The translations under genes and the position numbers were made by a program. Below the pieces are notes generated by a model. It did not search any database. It was not told the origin of the DNA and worked only from the letters and a program-made list of their open reading frames with translations. From positions 19,384-82,243 of the forward strand of contig JAAOMT010000424.1 in NCBI GenBank assembly GCA_016748015.1: a stretch of 62,860 nucleotides of DNA, given 5' to 3'. This DNA is from Geosiphon pyriformis uo1. Its lineage: Eukaryota > Fungi > Glomeromycota. This document shows positions 40,051-53,396 of this stretch, piece by piece; position 1 is the first letter of the stretch, and each line of letters starts with the position of its first letter.

Positions 40051-42018
40051 AAAATAAATTTGTAGTGTTGTTTTGATTAGTTTGAATGACTGGTCACGTG
40101 TAGAAAGTACATAATGTGTACCTAGTTTAAATTATTTAGTTTAATGTATTATGTTAAATAGTATTTGAATTTCACTTATAAAATGTTAATAAAATTGTAG
40201 AATTAAATTTATGTCAAAATTTTTTAATATTAATTACAAGACAATAGTGGTTTTAGTTAAATTAAAAAGTCTATTATACACTTGTTTAAACATTATTCAC
40301 AAAATAGTTAATAAAAATTATTAAAAGTTTAGAATTAAAAATGTAGATAAAACCAAATAGAAATGTTTTAAGAATTGTTTTTCTATTAAACTATTAGCAG
40401 TACTGAATAATTTTGTAAATGCAAAAAATTATAAAGATCTTGGCACAATATAAAAAATATTAAAAAAAATGATAATCAATTTAGTAAATAAAATATTCTT
40501 TAAATATTGGTTCTGTAATTTTGATTGTTTAAAAAACAAACATTTTTCAAAGTTTTTTAAGCTAGAATTGCTAGTTATTAAGATTGTAAAAAGTTTAAAA
40601 TCAGGTAGTGTGCTTAAATTTAATCATTTTATTAAAATATATTTAGCTATTAATAATAATAAAACATCTAAAATTTACAATATGTTAAATAATAGTATAG
40701 AGTTTATTAAATTAATTAAATATTTGTCTAAAGTCAAAAAAAATTATTGTAAATTAAAATACTATAAATTTGAAATAACCAAAGATATATCTATTAAGAA
40801 TACTATTAAAAAATAAATAAAAAATTTTAGTTTTGATAAGAGTAACATAATAAAAAGTATTTTAAAGTAGTCTTTTTACAAAGTAGTTTTAAATTATTTA
40901 ATAGTTAGCAAAAGATTGATTTTGGAATCAAATAAAATAAAACTTAAGATAAACAAAATTATAAAAAAGTAAATAAAAAAGTGAAAAGTCTTTTCAATTT
41001 TGCCAAATCAATAATTTTATTAATATGTACTTTTAGATTATATAAAATATAATGCTTTTTTTAGTATATTAGATAATTTTAACTTAGAAAATTGTTTCTA
41101 ATAATAAAGCTTGATAACAAAGCTGTTAATTTTTTTAGCATATCAAACAAACTTTGGAAGCAGTATAATAATGTAATAATAAAGTGTTTCTTGGATTTTT
41201 TGATCTTTTGTTTAGCTTTTGGTAATATTACAAGTTTCTAAAAAAGAATATAGATCTCAATAATTTTCAAGTTTTATAAGTAAGATAATATTTTAAAAAA
41301 AAGCTGAAAGATTTGGTTGGTTTTGCAAAATATGCATAAAATCTATAATTTAATTGGATAATTTTATCTAAAAGCTAATTTAAAACATATTAAGATATAT
41401 AACAAATTTATCAAATTCTTTGAAAATATATATATGAATAGAATTAACAAGATAATAATTAACTTTAATTTTATGAATAATTATAAAGTACATGATAAAC
41501 TAAATTAAAGTAAAGTTTTCTTGCCACTTTTTTGGAAGATTTTTTATGATTTTTTGTTGTACAAAGTTAAAAAACATAAATATTTATATAAGTATAGAAT
41601 TAATATAAACTTTATAACAAAAACAGAAAAAGTAAAAGTTAATAGTGACAAGTCTTTTTTTTTTGTAGCTAATGCTTTTGTTAACAATACAATTTAGATA
41701 GAAGATAATCAGGTTTTAATGCAATATATTTTAAATATTGCTAATAACTTTATTATGTTTAATAATATTTCTATTAATAATAATAAGACAGTAATAATTT
41801 AATTAATTAAAAGATTACAAAAGCTTTTTTGCATATCAGTAATCAACCAATTTCTATTGTTAAGTAAAATAAATTTTATAAGTATTTAGAAATTTTTTTG
41901 TTAATAAATAATATATTAAAGCTGGATTTTACTAAAGTATATTTAGATATTAAGTTTTTTTTAAATATGATTTTTAAAAAGACATTATTAACTAAGCAGT
42001 TTTTTTACTTGATAGTAA

Positions 42019-45000
42019 TATTACTGTTAAAACTTATACTTTTTATTAATTATCACATGTATTAGCCACTGATGTCACATAAATTAGCCACTCTATTTTT
42101 AAAAAGTGATCATTGATCTGATTATTGACCTGACCATTAACTTAATCATTAACCTGATCATTGACCTGATCAATAACCTGATCATTGACTTGATCATTGA
42201 CCTAACCATTGACCTGATTATTGACCACTTTTAATAGCTATATAAGCAATGAATTTTTTAACTGTAAAAAAACATGTAGAAATCAAGAAAATCAAATAAC
42301 TAAAATAACAACTTTCATCTCAATCATTTTCTTATTGCTAATTTCTCTTTCCTTATCTTCAAGTACCTGAACATCTTAAAGATAAAAGATTACTTGTTGG
42401 CCTTTACCTACTCTTTTCTTGAAATGTGTAATTGCAGCATTTAAAGATTATTAAATAAAATGTGACTGAAAAGCACATCTGATATCTGCTATTAAATTCT
42501 AAGAGTGCTAACGTAAGGCATAGAATTATACCAGGTGTAATTATTTGCTAACAGTATGAACTATCCCTCTACTTTTAGATTCCCCAGTTATTTTTAAAAA
42601 GTATAGCGACTGAGATATTTTATAAAACTGATCTCGCACATTAAATCTATACTTATTCAATTTGCTCTTGAAGTTGAATTCCCTTTGATTATTTCCATCA
42701 CTCTACAATCCTGTTCTTCTTTGCTATCCATTAACTTGTTACTTCAATTCATAACATAAAAGTAGTGCTCCCTGTGAAGTTGTCAAAATTCACTCTGTTT
42801 CCTATTATATGGATAATTATTCATACCTGCCATAATAATTAGAAGAACACTTTGAAGCACACAACAAAAACAATCTAGACTTTATTAAACTCAATCTTTT
42901 GTCCTTCTGCTTGATTTGCTTCTCCATTGAAAAACAATCCAACAGACAATTCCAAGACTTTTGGAACTGGTTTCTGAACAAACATTCAGCTGAAACCTAC
43001 ACAGCTTATACAACTTATTACTTTGACCAAGCTTATCTTAAAGACAACTGTGAAGAAAAAAACAACAGCATTAATCAACTTTTATACTCAACAATCTTTG
43101 AACAATAGCCCCCTAATTTTGAATATCTGAATCATCAAATCCATATTTGGATTGCTGCCCATCAATCAATTAAAACTCTTCTTGAAACAAAAGAAGAAAA
43201 CTATTAAACCACTCCCATTTTTGATCTCTTTTCAAGTGAATTAAAACACTCCACACAAACAGTTATGTCTAAACCAATGACTCAAGACTCTCTGCAACAA
43301 AACATTCTAATTGCCCTCCAAAGTATACAGACTGCTTTAGGGTGAAAAAACAACACCCCATTACTATTATTCAGAAGTAATGCTTAAGATCTAATTGAAT
43401 AGCTGGATGATTTAGAGAAAGCTGCCACAGCCAACCAATATAATAATAAATATAAGTTCCAAATCATTGGTGGCTACCTCCAAAGCTCTCCTGTTACTTG
43501 GTTTTCACAAAAAACCAATGCCAATGCTCAGCAAAGAATCATTAGATAGGCACCAACAAATGCTGAAGAGAACAACACCTCTTTTACTACCTGATTTGAA
43601 ATGAAATTTAGAACTTCTATCTTAATATCCAAATGGTATATGGAATTAGAAAGAAGAACTCAAGGCCCTGGTGAGGTTGTGACAGAATATGCCAAAGCAA
43701 TAAGAAAATTCATTAAATGGATAGACTCTAGAAGAAATTGGACAGAAGAGCAGAAAATACATTCCTTTACAAAAGGACTGAAAACTGATTTATCATATGC
43801 TCTTTGGCTTCTTTTGGTCTTGAAAGATAATCTTACAATAGATATGACCATTGAACTTGCTCAGAGAATAGAAAACAATTAAAGGATGCATTTGAGATCT
43901 ACTCTTCCAGTTTTTGCTCCTGTTTCTGCTATGATTCTAGCTCCACAAATGGCTGCTGCTTCTTTTGCCACTTATACTTAAGAGTTCAATGAACAGTTAA
44001 TAAATAAACTTACAGCTAATCTTGTCTGGTTATTAGAACCATTAGCCCAAACAGCCAAAGACAACTAGCAACCCCAAAGACCCAGATTTGAATTTCATTT
44101 TAATCAGCCCCAGCAACCACCATATCAAAGACAACAAAATTATGACTCATCTGTGTGCTATCACTGTGAATTAACTGGACACTTCTCAAGAGACTGTAAC
44201 AATCTTTTATTGCTCCTTCCAGCTCCTAGAAATAATAACACTCAGAATAACAGACCCAACAATAATAATGTTCCCAATTAAAGACCCAATTATGCCAACA
44301 TCAATTTTTTTGAAAAGGATTCCCTAGTAGAAGCCACTGTTTATTAGCCTTTAAACTAATAGGTGCATCTCCAAAGGGTGAGAATGCAAGCCAACTAGAA
44401 GAAAACCCCTTTTATGCTTTTAACCTAACTGATAATTATCATGATATGGATGAACTAGCAATCAACACCTCTGAATCAACCAGAAAGAAGAAGAAAGCCA
44501 AGGTTGATTTCATCTTGGACCCAAACAAAGCATTCAAATTATCTGCTGATAACAATGAGCCATTAAAAGCCAAAGTTTTCAAGAATTCTCTAAAGTTAGA
44601 AACCCCAGAAATAGTACAAAAATCTGGTCCTTATTCTGTTGTTAAAGATCTCATAAAAACCCCAGCACACATTACATTTGGCCAACTAATAACCCACCCA
44701 CAGTTCAGAAAAAATCTTCATAAATCATTAATACCCAAGAAAAAGATACCAAAGATCAACAAATGCTTACATCAAGCTAGACTTGCTGACAACAGCAATA
44801 TTACCCCTCTTATTTATAAAGCCCAAGTGGCTGGTTATTTCATTGATCTGATTCTGAACAGTGGATTATCTGTTAGTATTATTGCCAAACACTTTTTAGA
44901 AGCAATTGGCAGAAAGATTGATGAACTATCCACAAGACTAATGACCAATATACATGGTGACAAGAAGAAAAATCTGGGCATAGCCAAAGCTATTCCTGTC

Positions 45001-48000
45001 CAAATCAATGGCATTAGCATTAAAACTAACATGGAAGTATCTGAATCCAAAAAATACATTATAATAGTTGGCAATGAATGGCTTAAGAAAGCAAAAGCTT
45101 TGCTTAATTATGAACTTTACAAGCTAACCATCAGATATGATGAGAAACCCATTGTGGTTAAATGCCATCATTGGACAACTCTTCCAGCAACCAAACAGAA
45201 CCAAGAAAAAAAACAATCAGAAGAATCAGATGATAATGAGAGTGATGTTACAAATGATTATTTGGGGTCTCAGATCAAATAACAAATCCATAACTTGGTG
45301 CTCAATATCTTAATAATACTGGTAATACTGGTACGTTGTTTATATCTGAAGGTATTTAGAGTTGAGTTCTTTGTATAATAGACAGAAATTTAATAGTTGT
45401 TTTCAGTAGCCTCTTGGAATCACAATTCCGTCAAATTTCTTTTTCAGTGTGATGGCCAGTAATCCTTCTGGTAAGCTATTCTCAAATCTATGAGTGTTCT
45501 ACCCTTGTTTCACAGGTTTTTTACTAGTCTCTATAACATCTGTATCTTAGTGCTTAATCCTTAATCAATTTTAGTAAAACCAAAGAAATAACAAAAAAAG
45601 AAATAAAAGAAAATAAAAAGAGATGAAGAAATAAACAAAAGCAATTGCAAGTTAGTATTCTGTCAATAGCTATGATCAAAAGCTATTGTTCTAGTGTAAT
45701 TAAGTATCAATTACTATCAACATGAAGTATTAATAGTAAGGAGTGGATTAAAATAGTAAATAATTATTTATTTGAGAAGTGGAAGATTGTTTTGATCTAA
45801 ATCTAAACTGGAAGGTCTGTCTTTTCTACTTTTAATACTACCACTATATATACATAATTGAGATTCCTCAATTTTTTGATTCCTCACACTAGAAATCTTG
45901 GAATTCCTGGAATCCTGCAATTTTTTTTGAGAGGAATTCTGAAATTCTGGAATCCTGTAATTTCTTGTATGAGAATTCTGAAATTTCTGGAATTCTGCAA
46001 TTTTTCTTGAGAAGAATCCTGGAATTCCACATTTACTGCGACTACTTCTGATTGGCTACTTTATATGTTAATATATTTCCTATATTCTATAAGTAACAGC
46101 AATAATGAAGATCAAGAAAAACCAAAAAAAACTGCTAAACTTGCCTATACTATCTTCACCAGTAATAACAAGCCACTGAACAATGTTAAAGCTAACAAAA
46201 AAAGAATCATAGTAAATAACAAGCTAATCTGCTGGCCCTACTATGATATCCTCAGAAGAATCTTTGACAGAAAACCTAGCAAGAAAGCCAAATACAATTA
46301 TTGGTGGTATGGTCTTTATACACAGTGCTAGTATAATAAATTTTTGTATTCACCAAGTGATGAATGCAAATTCTGCCTAATCTATTACAAAGATTGGGAA
46401 CCAATTAGCTTAATACTTCGAGAAGAACTTAAAAAAATACAAAAATCTTTTGAGAATAAACCACCTGAAATTCAATCACTAGTTGTAAAACAAAGAGAAT
46501 CTTCTCCTGAAGAAAGAAAAGTGGACATTGAAAATCTGTTGGCTTGAAATAGCCCAGTTATCTTAAAAGAAAGTAATACTTCTGGATGAACCCATATAAT
46601 ACAACATACTATCACCATCAAAGAAACTTGCCCTATCCATTTGAAGCCTTATCAATCCAATTGACACAATGATGAGTTTATCAAAAAAGAGATAAATTGG
46701 ATGAAAGATTTTGGATTCATACAAAAAACCAAAAATGAATGGACTTTTCCAGTTGTAGTGGTATCCAAAAAAGGTGGAATTCTATGCTTCTGTGTTGACT
46801 ATTGTCAATTAAATACTATCATTATAAGAGACATGTACTCACTCCCCAAAATTAATGCAATGCTAGATAAATTTAATGGTGCTGCTTTTTTCTCAATCAT
46901 TAACTTAATTGCTAGATTCTGGCAAGTAGAGATGGATTCAGAAAGTAGAAAAAAAACTGCTTTCATTACCAAGTATGGCACTTATGAATTTACAGTCATG
47001 TTTTTTGGCCTTACCAATGCTTCTCCCATATTTCAATGCCTAATAAATAAAGTGTTTGAATCAGTAAAAGAAAACTTTGTTCTGGTTTACTTGGACAACA
47101 TAATAGTATATTCAAAAACCTGGGATGAATATCTTGAACATTTACAAAAGATTTTTGACCTCTTTAGAAATACTGGTCTTAAGATCAATCTAATTAAATA
47201 TTTTTTTGGACACCAATCCACCTAATTTCTTGGACATCTTATTACAAAAGATGGAATCTTTCCTGACCCAGCTAAAGTTGAAAAAGTTCAGAACATTAGA
47301 CAACTAATAAATGTTCCTAAACTATGCTTTTTTCTTGGTTTGGTCTCTTACTATTGCAAATTTATCAAGAATTTCTCCAAAATTGCCTTTTCTTTTAATC
47401 AGCTATTCAGGAAAAATGTCAATTATTACTGGAGCACTCATCAATAAAAAGCTTTTGAATTTCTGAAGGAAAAACTTGTTACTGAACTAATTCTCAAACA
47501 ACCTGATCTGGACCAACTTTTTATCTTCCATACTGATATATCTGGCTATAGACTTGGTGCTGTTCTTTCACAGAAAAATGAAAATAGCAGAAAACATGCC
47601 ATAGCATATGCCAGTAGATTCCTCACATCTGTAAAAAAGAACTATTCAGTCACTAAACAAGAATGTTTAGCAGTAGTTTGGACTACTAGCTACTGGGATC
47701 AATATCTTTTTGGTGCAAAATTCTTAGTGGTAACAGATCATCAAGTCTTAGTTTGGCTGCACAAGAAAAAGAAGCTGGAACACAAACAAATAACTCACTG
47801 GATACTCCATTTAGATGAATTTGACTATAATATTCAACACCACAAAGGAGCAAATCATCAAAACACTAACACTTTCTCTAGATTTACCATTCAGTGATAG
47901 TACAACATCTCAAACCAAACCAATTTAATTATTAGTAACTTCTTCACAAACAAACATGATAATAGACTTGGACAACTACTCTGTCTTAATGGAATTTTTG

Positions 48001-50631
48001 GATAAAAGACAATACCCACCAGAATACACTCGACAGTAAAGAGAACATTTGCACAAACAATCAAATTTCTATTTGATCCACCAGAACCAATTGTACAAAA
48101 GAAACAGAAAAGATCCTGACTGCTCCCAGAGAGTCATCAGATTTGAAGAAAAAGAAATTGTAATATACAATATGCACACTGACCCATTAGCTAGACACTT
48201 TGGAAAAACAAAAACAATTCAGAAAACTTTAGCTCGTTATTATTGGCTTATCTTGGGAAAAGACATTGCTGAATACATCAAAACCTGTAACATCTGCCAA
48301 AAAAGAGGCAAACCCAATCACAAAGAAAATATCCATTCAATTTCTGTTGGTCAACCATTTGACAGAATTGGTATAGATGTTGTTGGATTTTTAACAATAA
48401 CTCCTGATGGCAACAGATATATTATTACAGCTACTGACTATCTTACAAAGTAGGTAGAAGCAAGAACCACCTCAGACTAAAGAGCAGTCTCAATAGCCAA
48501 TTTCATTTATGAAGATATTATCTGCCATTATGGCTGCCCCAAAGAACTTTTATCTAATAGAGGAAGAGCTTTTTTTAGTACACTGGTTAAAGAACTTTAT
48601 AGAAAAATGGGAATACATTATAAACTTTTCTCCTTTTATTACCTCTAAACAAATAACCTAGTAAAATATTTCAATAGAACACTATGTGAAACTGTAGCCA
48701 AAACCAGTAAAAAAACAAACTTATGAAACAAAGTACTGTCTTCAGCTTTGTTTGCTTATAGAACTGTGAATCATGACATAACAAGTTATGAATCTTTTTA
48801 TCTGCTCTATGGATGCATGGCAATACTACCAATAGAAACTGACATTGAGACAATATCTTTTGAAGAGATTACAATAAGAAATTACAAAGACATTTTGCAA
48901 AGAAGACTTGGTACCATTCTTGACTCCTTGGTAAAAGCACGAATAATTGCTTTTGAAAAGATAAAACAGTTCCAAGAAAAGCTTAAGAAAAAAAAAACCT
49001 ATAAAATACTTTCTTTAAGTGTTGGTAACTTGGTATTGGGATACTGTTCAGATAGAAACAATGTTTATGGTGATAAATTTTCTAGCTGGTGGAAAGAACC
49101 CTTTATAGTCAACAAAGTTTTGAATAATGGTTCTTATATTCTTCAAGATCAATCTAGAACAATCTTCAATGATCATTTTGTTCATAGTATACGACTCAAG
49201 AAATATTATAAATAACCTAATTGGTTGCCTGTTGTGGTAATACCAACTCTAATAATCAGCAAAAATCAAGTATAAATAAATGCATCATTTCTAAAACAGA
49301 GGTATCTTCAATCAACATAAACAATTATTTTCTGGATCAAAATATTTAAAACACTTTCTATACTCTCTATGAGTATTAGATCAAAAACTATCTAAATGCT
49401 ACTCTAACCATTAGAAAACAAACCACTATAACTGATAACAATGGAACACATACTATTATTAAACCAAAGAAAACTACTACCAGAAGAGAAAAAATTGGTA
49501 GTAAAATGGATAAATATTTGTTAGAAAGTATAACAACAACTATACTTCTACCTTCCAATATAATTAGAAAAACACTTCAAGAAATCTTATCTATAGACAA
49601 AAACTTGTCATATGGAAAGCAATTAAAACTCTATGGTCGCTTTAATAAAATCATAGAGGATATAAATTCATGAAGAAAACAACTTCAGAAATACAGGCAG
49701 AAATTTTGGGCATTATATAATTAGATGTCTCAAAAGTTTTAACTATTGCTAAAAGAGTCAAAACTCTAATACAAAGATTTGGTCTCTTAAATACAAAACT
49801 TATTTTGCCTCAAGTATTATATATCTTATCCACAAAAGACTTTAACAAACTAGTTAGCTTTGAGTTAGATAAAATCTTTCAAATAAATTACATCATAAAT
49901 AGCTTGATTTCGCTAAAGCTCAATCTCTTTGAAGAGAATGATGTTATGATTGAAACTTATACTTCTTATTAATTACTACATGTATTAGCCACTGATATCA
50001 CATAAATTAGCCACTCTATTTTTAGAAAGTAATCATTGACCTAATCATTGACTTGACTGTTGATCTGATTATTGACCTGATCATTGATCTAATCATTGAC
50101 TACTTTTGATAGCTATATAAGTGATGAATCTTTTAGCTGTAAAAAAGCATATAGTAATCAAGGAAATCAAATAAATAAAATAACAACTTTTATCTCAATT
50201 ATTCTCTTATTGCTAATTTTCCTTTCTCTACCTTCAAGTACCTGAACATCTTAAAGATAAAAGATTACTTGTTGGCCTTTACCTACCCTTTTCCTGAAAC
50301 ATGTAATTGCAGCATTTGAAGATTATTGAATAAAATGTGACTGAAGAGCACATCTAATACCTGCTATTGAATTTTAAGAGTGCTGATATAAGGCATAGAA
50401 TTATACTAGGTGTGATCATTTGTTGACAGTATGGACTATCCTTCTACCTTCAGATTCTCCAGTTATCTTTGAAAAGTATAGCAACTGAGATATTTTATAA
50501 GACTGATCTTGTACATTGAATTCATACTTATTTAATTTGCTCTTGAAGTTGAATTCTCTTTGATTATTTCCATTACCCTACAATCTTGTTCTCCCTTGCT
50601 ATCTGTTAGCTTGTTACTCCAACTCATAACA
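42019..50631 (+). mobile_element. Full-length Ty3/gypsy element C, same family as A, more decayed
   Basis: LTRs 42019-42756 and 49942-50631 (48-bp length difference, matching four 12-mers); TSD GTAA/GTAG; internal region collinear with A. Confidence 0.93.
45246..46098 (-). mobile_element. Solo LTR inserted in pol of C
   Basis: TGTTAC...GTAACA ends; flanks GTGA/GCAA (GCGA TSD with CpG decay); related to the LTR of D; absent from A. Confidence 0.88.
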
Positions 50632-50794
50632 GTAGCAATTTAGCAGCCTATTATTAATTATTAGACATAATTTAGTTTTATATTTAAAAGTATATATTAA
50701 AAGTAAGATGTTATAATAATAAAAAAGCTTAAATTTAAGACCAATCTGCCAAAAAACTTTCCAAAAAGACTTTATATTACTTATTTTTGTATAA

Positions 50795-52450
50795 TATTAT
50801 AGATATTTATTTAAGATATTAGAACAAATAATAAACTTATAATTTAATGCTTAATAATTATTAATAATAATAATATCTAAAAGTTTTAATATCTAAAAAG
50901 TTTAATTAAGTTCTTTGTATAATAGACAGAAATTCAAATAATAGTTTCTTTTATGAATTTTTTTTAGCATAATGGCTGGTTTATTCTGGTAGTTGTGTTT
51001 TTTTAATAAGCTATTCTTAAGTTTTCTACTTTTATTTTACAGATTTTTTACCAGTCTATTTTTAATATCAATTATTTATTATTTAATCTCTTTAATCAAT
51101 TAGTAATTACAAAAAAAATAAAATAAAAAAAATAAAAAAAGAAATAAAAAATTGGTATTTTATTAATAATTATAATTAAAAGCTATTGGTTTAATATAAT
51201 AAAGTATTAATAATAAAAAAGTAATAAAATTTTTAATTAAGTAATGATAACATAAATTAGATAATAATAAATAATTTTATTAATATAGATATAATTCTAC
51301 TTCAAGTTATAAAAAACTATTTTTTAAAAGAAAAGATATTTGATAATTACTTATCTCTAACTTTTGTTATCTAATTACTGTTCTTTTTTTTTCTGTTTTT
51401 AATACTTTTGTTATATATATAATTTATGTTATATAAGATCTTATATATTTCTATTTTTTTCTATACTATTTTTTAGAAATGTGCTCATTTTTTGAGAATA
51501 TATATATTTTTGAAAATGTGTTATAATTTTCTAAAACTGTGTTTATTTGTTGAGTATTATTTTTCTATTGATCATTTTATGATCTGTTTTTTTTATGTTT
51601 TTTTGTACTTTTTTTTATAAGTAATAATAATATTTTTTTAATATTAAGCTTTATCAAAATTTTTATTTTGAATTAAGCTTATTACTTCTTTTTCTAATAC
51701 TATTTATTTAATTTTGGTTCTTATGTTTTTGAATTAAGAATTGTTTATTCTTTTTTATTGGTTAACAGTTATTGTTTTTATTTTTAAATATAGTAATATT
51801 TCTAGATAATCTTAAAATACAGTATATAGTTAATAAATTGTTTTGATATATAGTATCAAACTAGTTTTTTTTCTAATAAAGTTTTTAATCTGTTGTACTA
51901 TTTTTTGATTAAACATTTTTTTGGATTTGTTAGTATACAATTCCTGAATATTTAGCTTTTGTTTTAACTAATAGTAATAGTATGCTATTAAAAGTTGTTT
52001 TATTTATAATTTCTAGTTTTTTTAATTAGTTCTTCTGTTAAAACAATAATTAATATTTTTCCAAAAGTGTTTTTTACTTTTTTTATAATTTTATCTAATT
52101 AGTGCTTTGTTTGATTCTATTGTTACTAATATAAAGTGATTTTTGTTTTTTTTCTTTTTTTATGTTTTTATAACAAATTGTCTAATAATTAATAATAATT
52201 TTTATATATAATTGTTATTGATTTATGACTTGGAACAATTGTTATGCTATTATGTAAATGTAGTCTAAGATTTTTATTTTTTACTATTGCTTTTGTCATG
52301 TCTATTATGTTTTTATATATTTTGATCTTGATCTATTTTTTGTGTTTTCTTTAATAATTTTTAATATTATAATTTTAATACTTATTTGTTTAATTAATTA
52401 GTTTAAAATATTAATATTTATATTTAAATTTTTAATATTTAGTATTTTAA
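50795..52450 (-). mobile_element. Gypsy D, 3' half: 3' LTR (50795-51626) plus decayed ORF3-like internal region
   Basis: Reverse complement aligns to 10335-11197; preceded on the minus strand by decayed motif TTTGATAAAGCTTAATATT. Confidence 0.75.
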
Positions 52451-52580
52451 AAAATATTTTAAATAAGAATGTAATAATAATATTATATATAATTTATAAA
52501 ATTTTCTTAATAAAACAATTAAAATATATTAAATAATTAGATTTTAAGCTGTTTTATTATTATTATTATTGTTATATATA

Positions 52581-53396
52581 CAGTGTGGGACAAAAAAAAT
52601 TGGACACAAAAAACTAATTATTGTGCTTTAATTAATGGACCAAATTTTACAAAAAATATATCATTAGAAAGATAAAAAGCACATTATTTTATTAAAAAAA
52701 ATTAATAGAATATTAATATGATATTCTTCGCAATCACCATCTCACAACGCCGTTTCATTGATCCTACTAACCCGATAAGGGTAGATCCGGAAATCATCCG
52801 CCACTCTTCTTCCATAAACTGCATTAACTGGTCACAATTTTCGGGCATTCGCTTTTCTACCTTATTCTTGACAATAGCCCACAAGTTTTCAATAGGGTTC
52901 AAGTCGGGTGAGTTGGCAGGCCAGTCAAGAACATTATTAATATTGACAGCTATAAAGGCTTGGGAAACTTTGCTTTTGTGTTTCGGATCGTTGTCTTGCT
53001 GGAACCGCCACCTACGCCCAAGCATTCCTCTAATTTCAGGCAGGTGAGTACGAAGAATTTCTATGTAAAAATGACTATCCATTATTCCAGTAAAACAAAA
53101 TAAACTTGTCTTTCCTCCTTTATAGAAACCACCCCAAGCAAAGACTTTTGTTCGATCTTTTGGAGATGTGTATAAGAGACAGATACAATACTGTTTGTCG
53201 TTGCATTTCTTGCTTGGATGTTGCCATTTTCGCGCGAGAATTAAAAAAAAAATTAATAAAATGCACAAAAAAAATATATAAGCCAATAGCCACTTACCTT
53301 CGCATTCATTTCCAACTAACCTCGCCACAATCTAACCAAAATTGGTTAAACTAGATCAAATCTTGTAAGATGCATTTTTTTGTTTGTCCCAGACTG
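52581..53396 (-). mobile_element. Tc1/mariner remnant (DD34E C-terminal half), probably chimeric
   Basis: TA-flanked TIRs CAGT(G/C)TGGGACAAA; FQQDNDPKH..WPANSPDLNPIENLW. Confidence 0.85.
53164..53182 (+). other. Nextera/Tn5 mosaic-end adapter (library artefact)
   Basis: Exact AGATGTGTATAAGAGACAG at the point where transposase homology stops. Confidence 0.95.

Larger units (their letters stand above)
15833..40191 (+). mobile_element. Younger LINE (ORF1 RRM-like/Zn knuckle; ORF2 APE-RT-RNase H-CCHC) interrupted by gypsy A and B
   Basis: Pieces 15833-16210, 23986-24532 and 34377-40191; motifs TCNIH, DMKKAYNSV, GEVFSLLFWRIFYD, AFVDNT, WYKIKRHSNIINNKCADKLA; putative TSD AAATTATAGAA (15822) / AAATTGTAGAA (40192). 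Confidence 0.85.
40192..50794 (+). mobile_element. Old LINE ORF2 middle (40192-42018, 50632-50794) interrupted by gypsy C
   Basis: Collinear with 36030-38190; AFVNNTI RT relic ~41675; reading rejoins across C. Confidence 0.75.

Noticed and set aside
50795-51626. Solo LTR with ATAA TSD
   Set aside because: The adjacent sequence carries the decayed pre-PPT motif and internal region, and the LINE does not resume there, so it is the 3' LTR of D.
52702-53328. Transposase with an N-terminal membrane helix
   Set aside because: The fusion point is a Nextera adapter.
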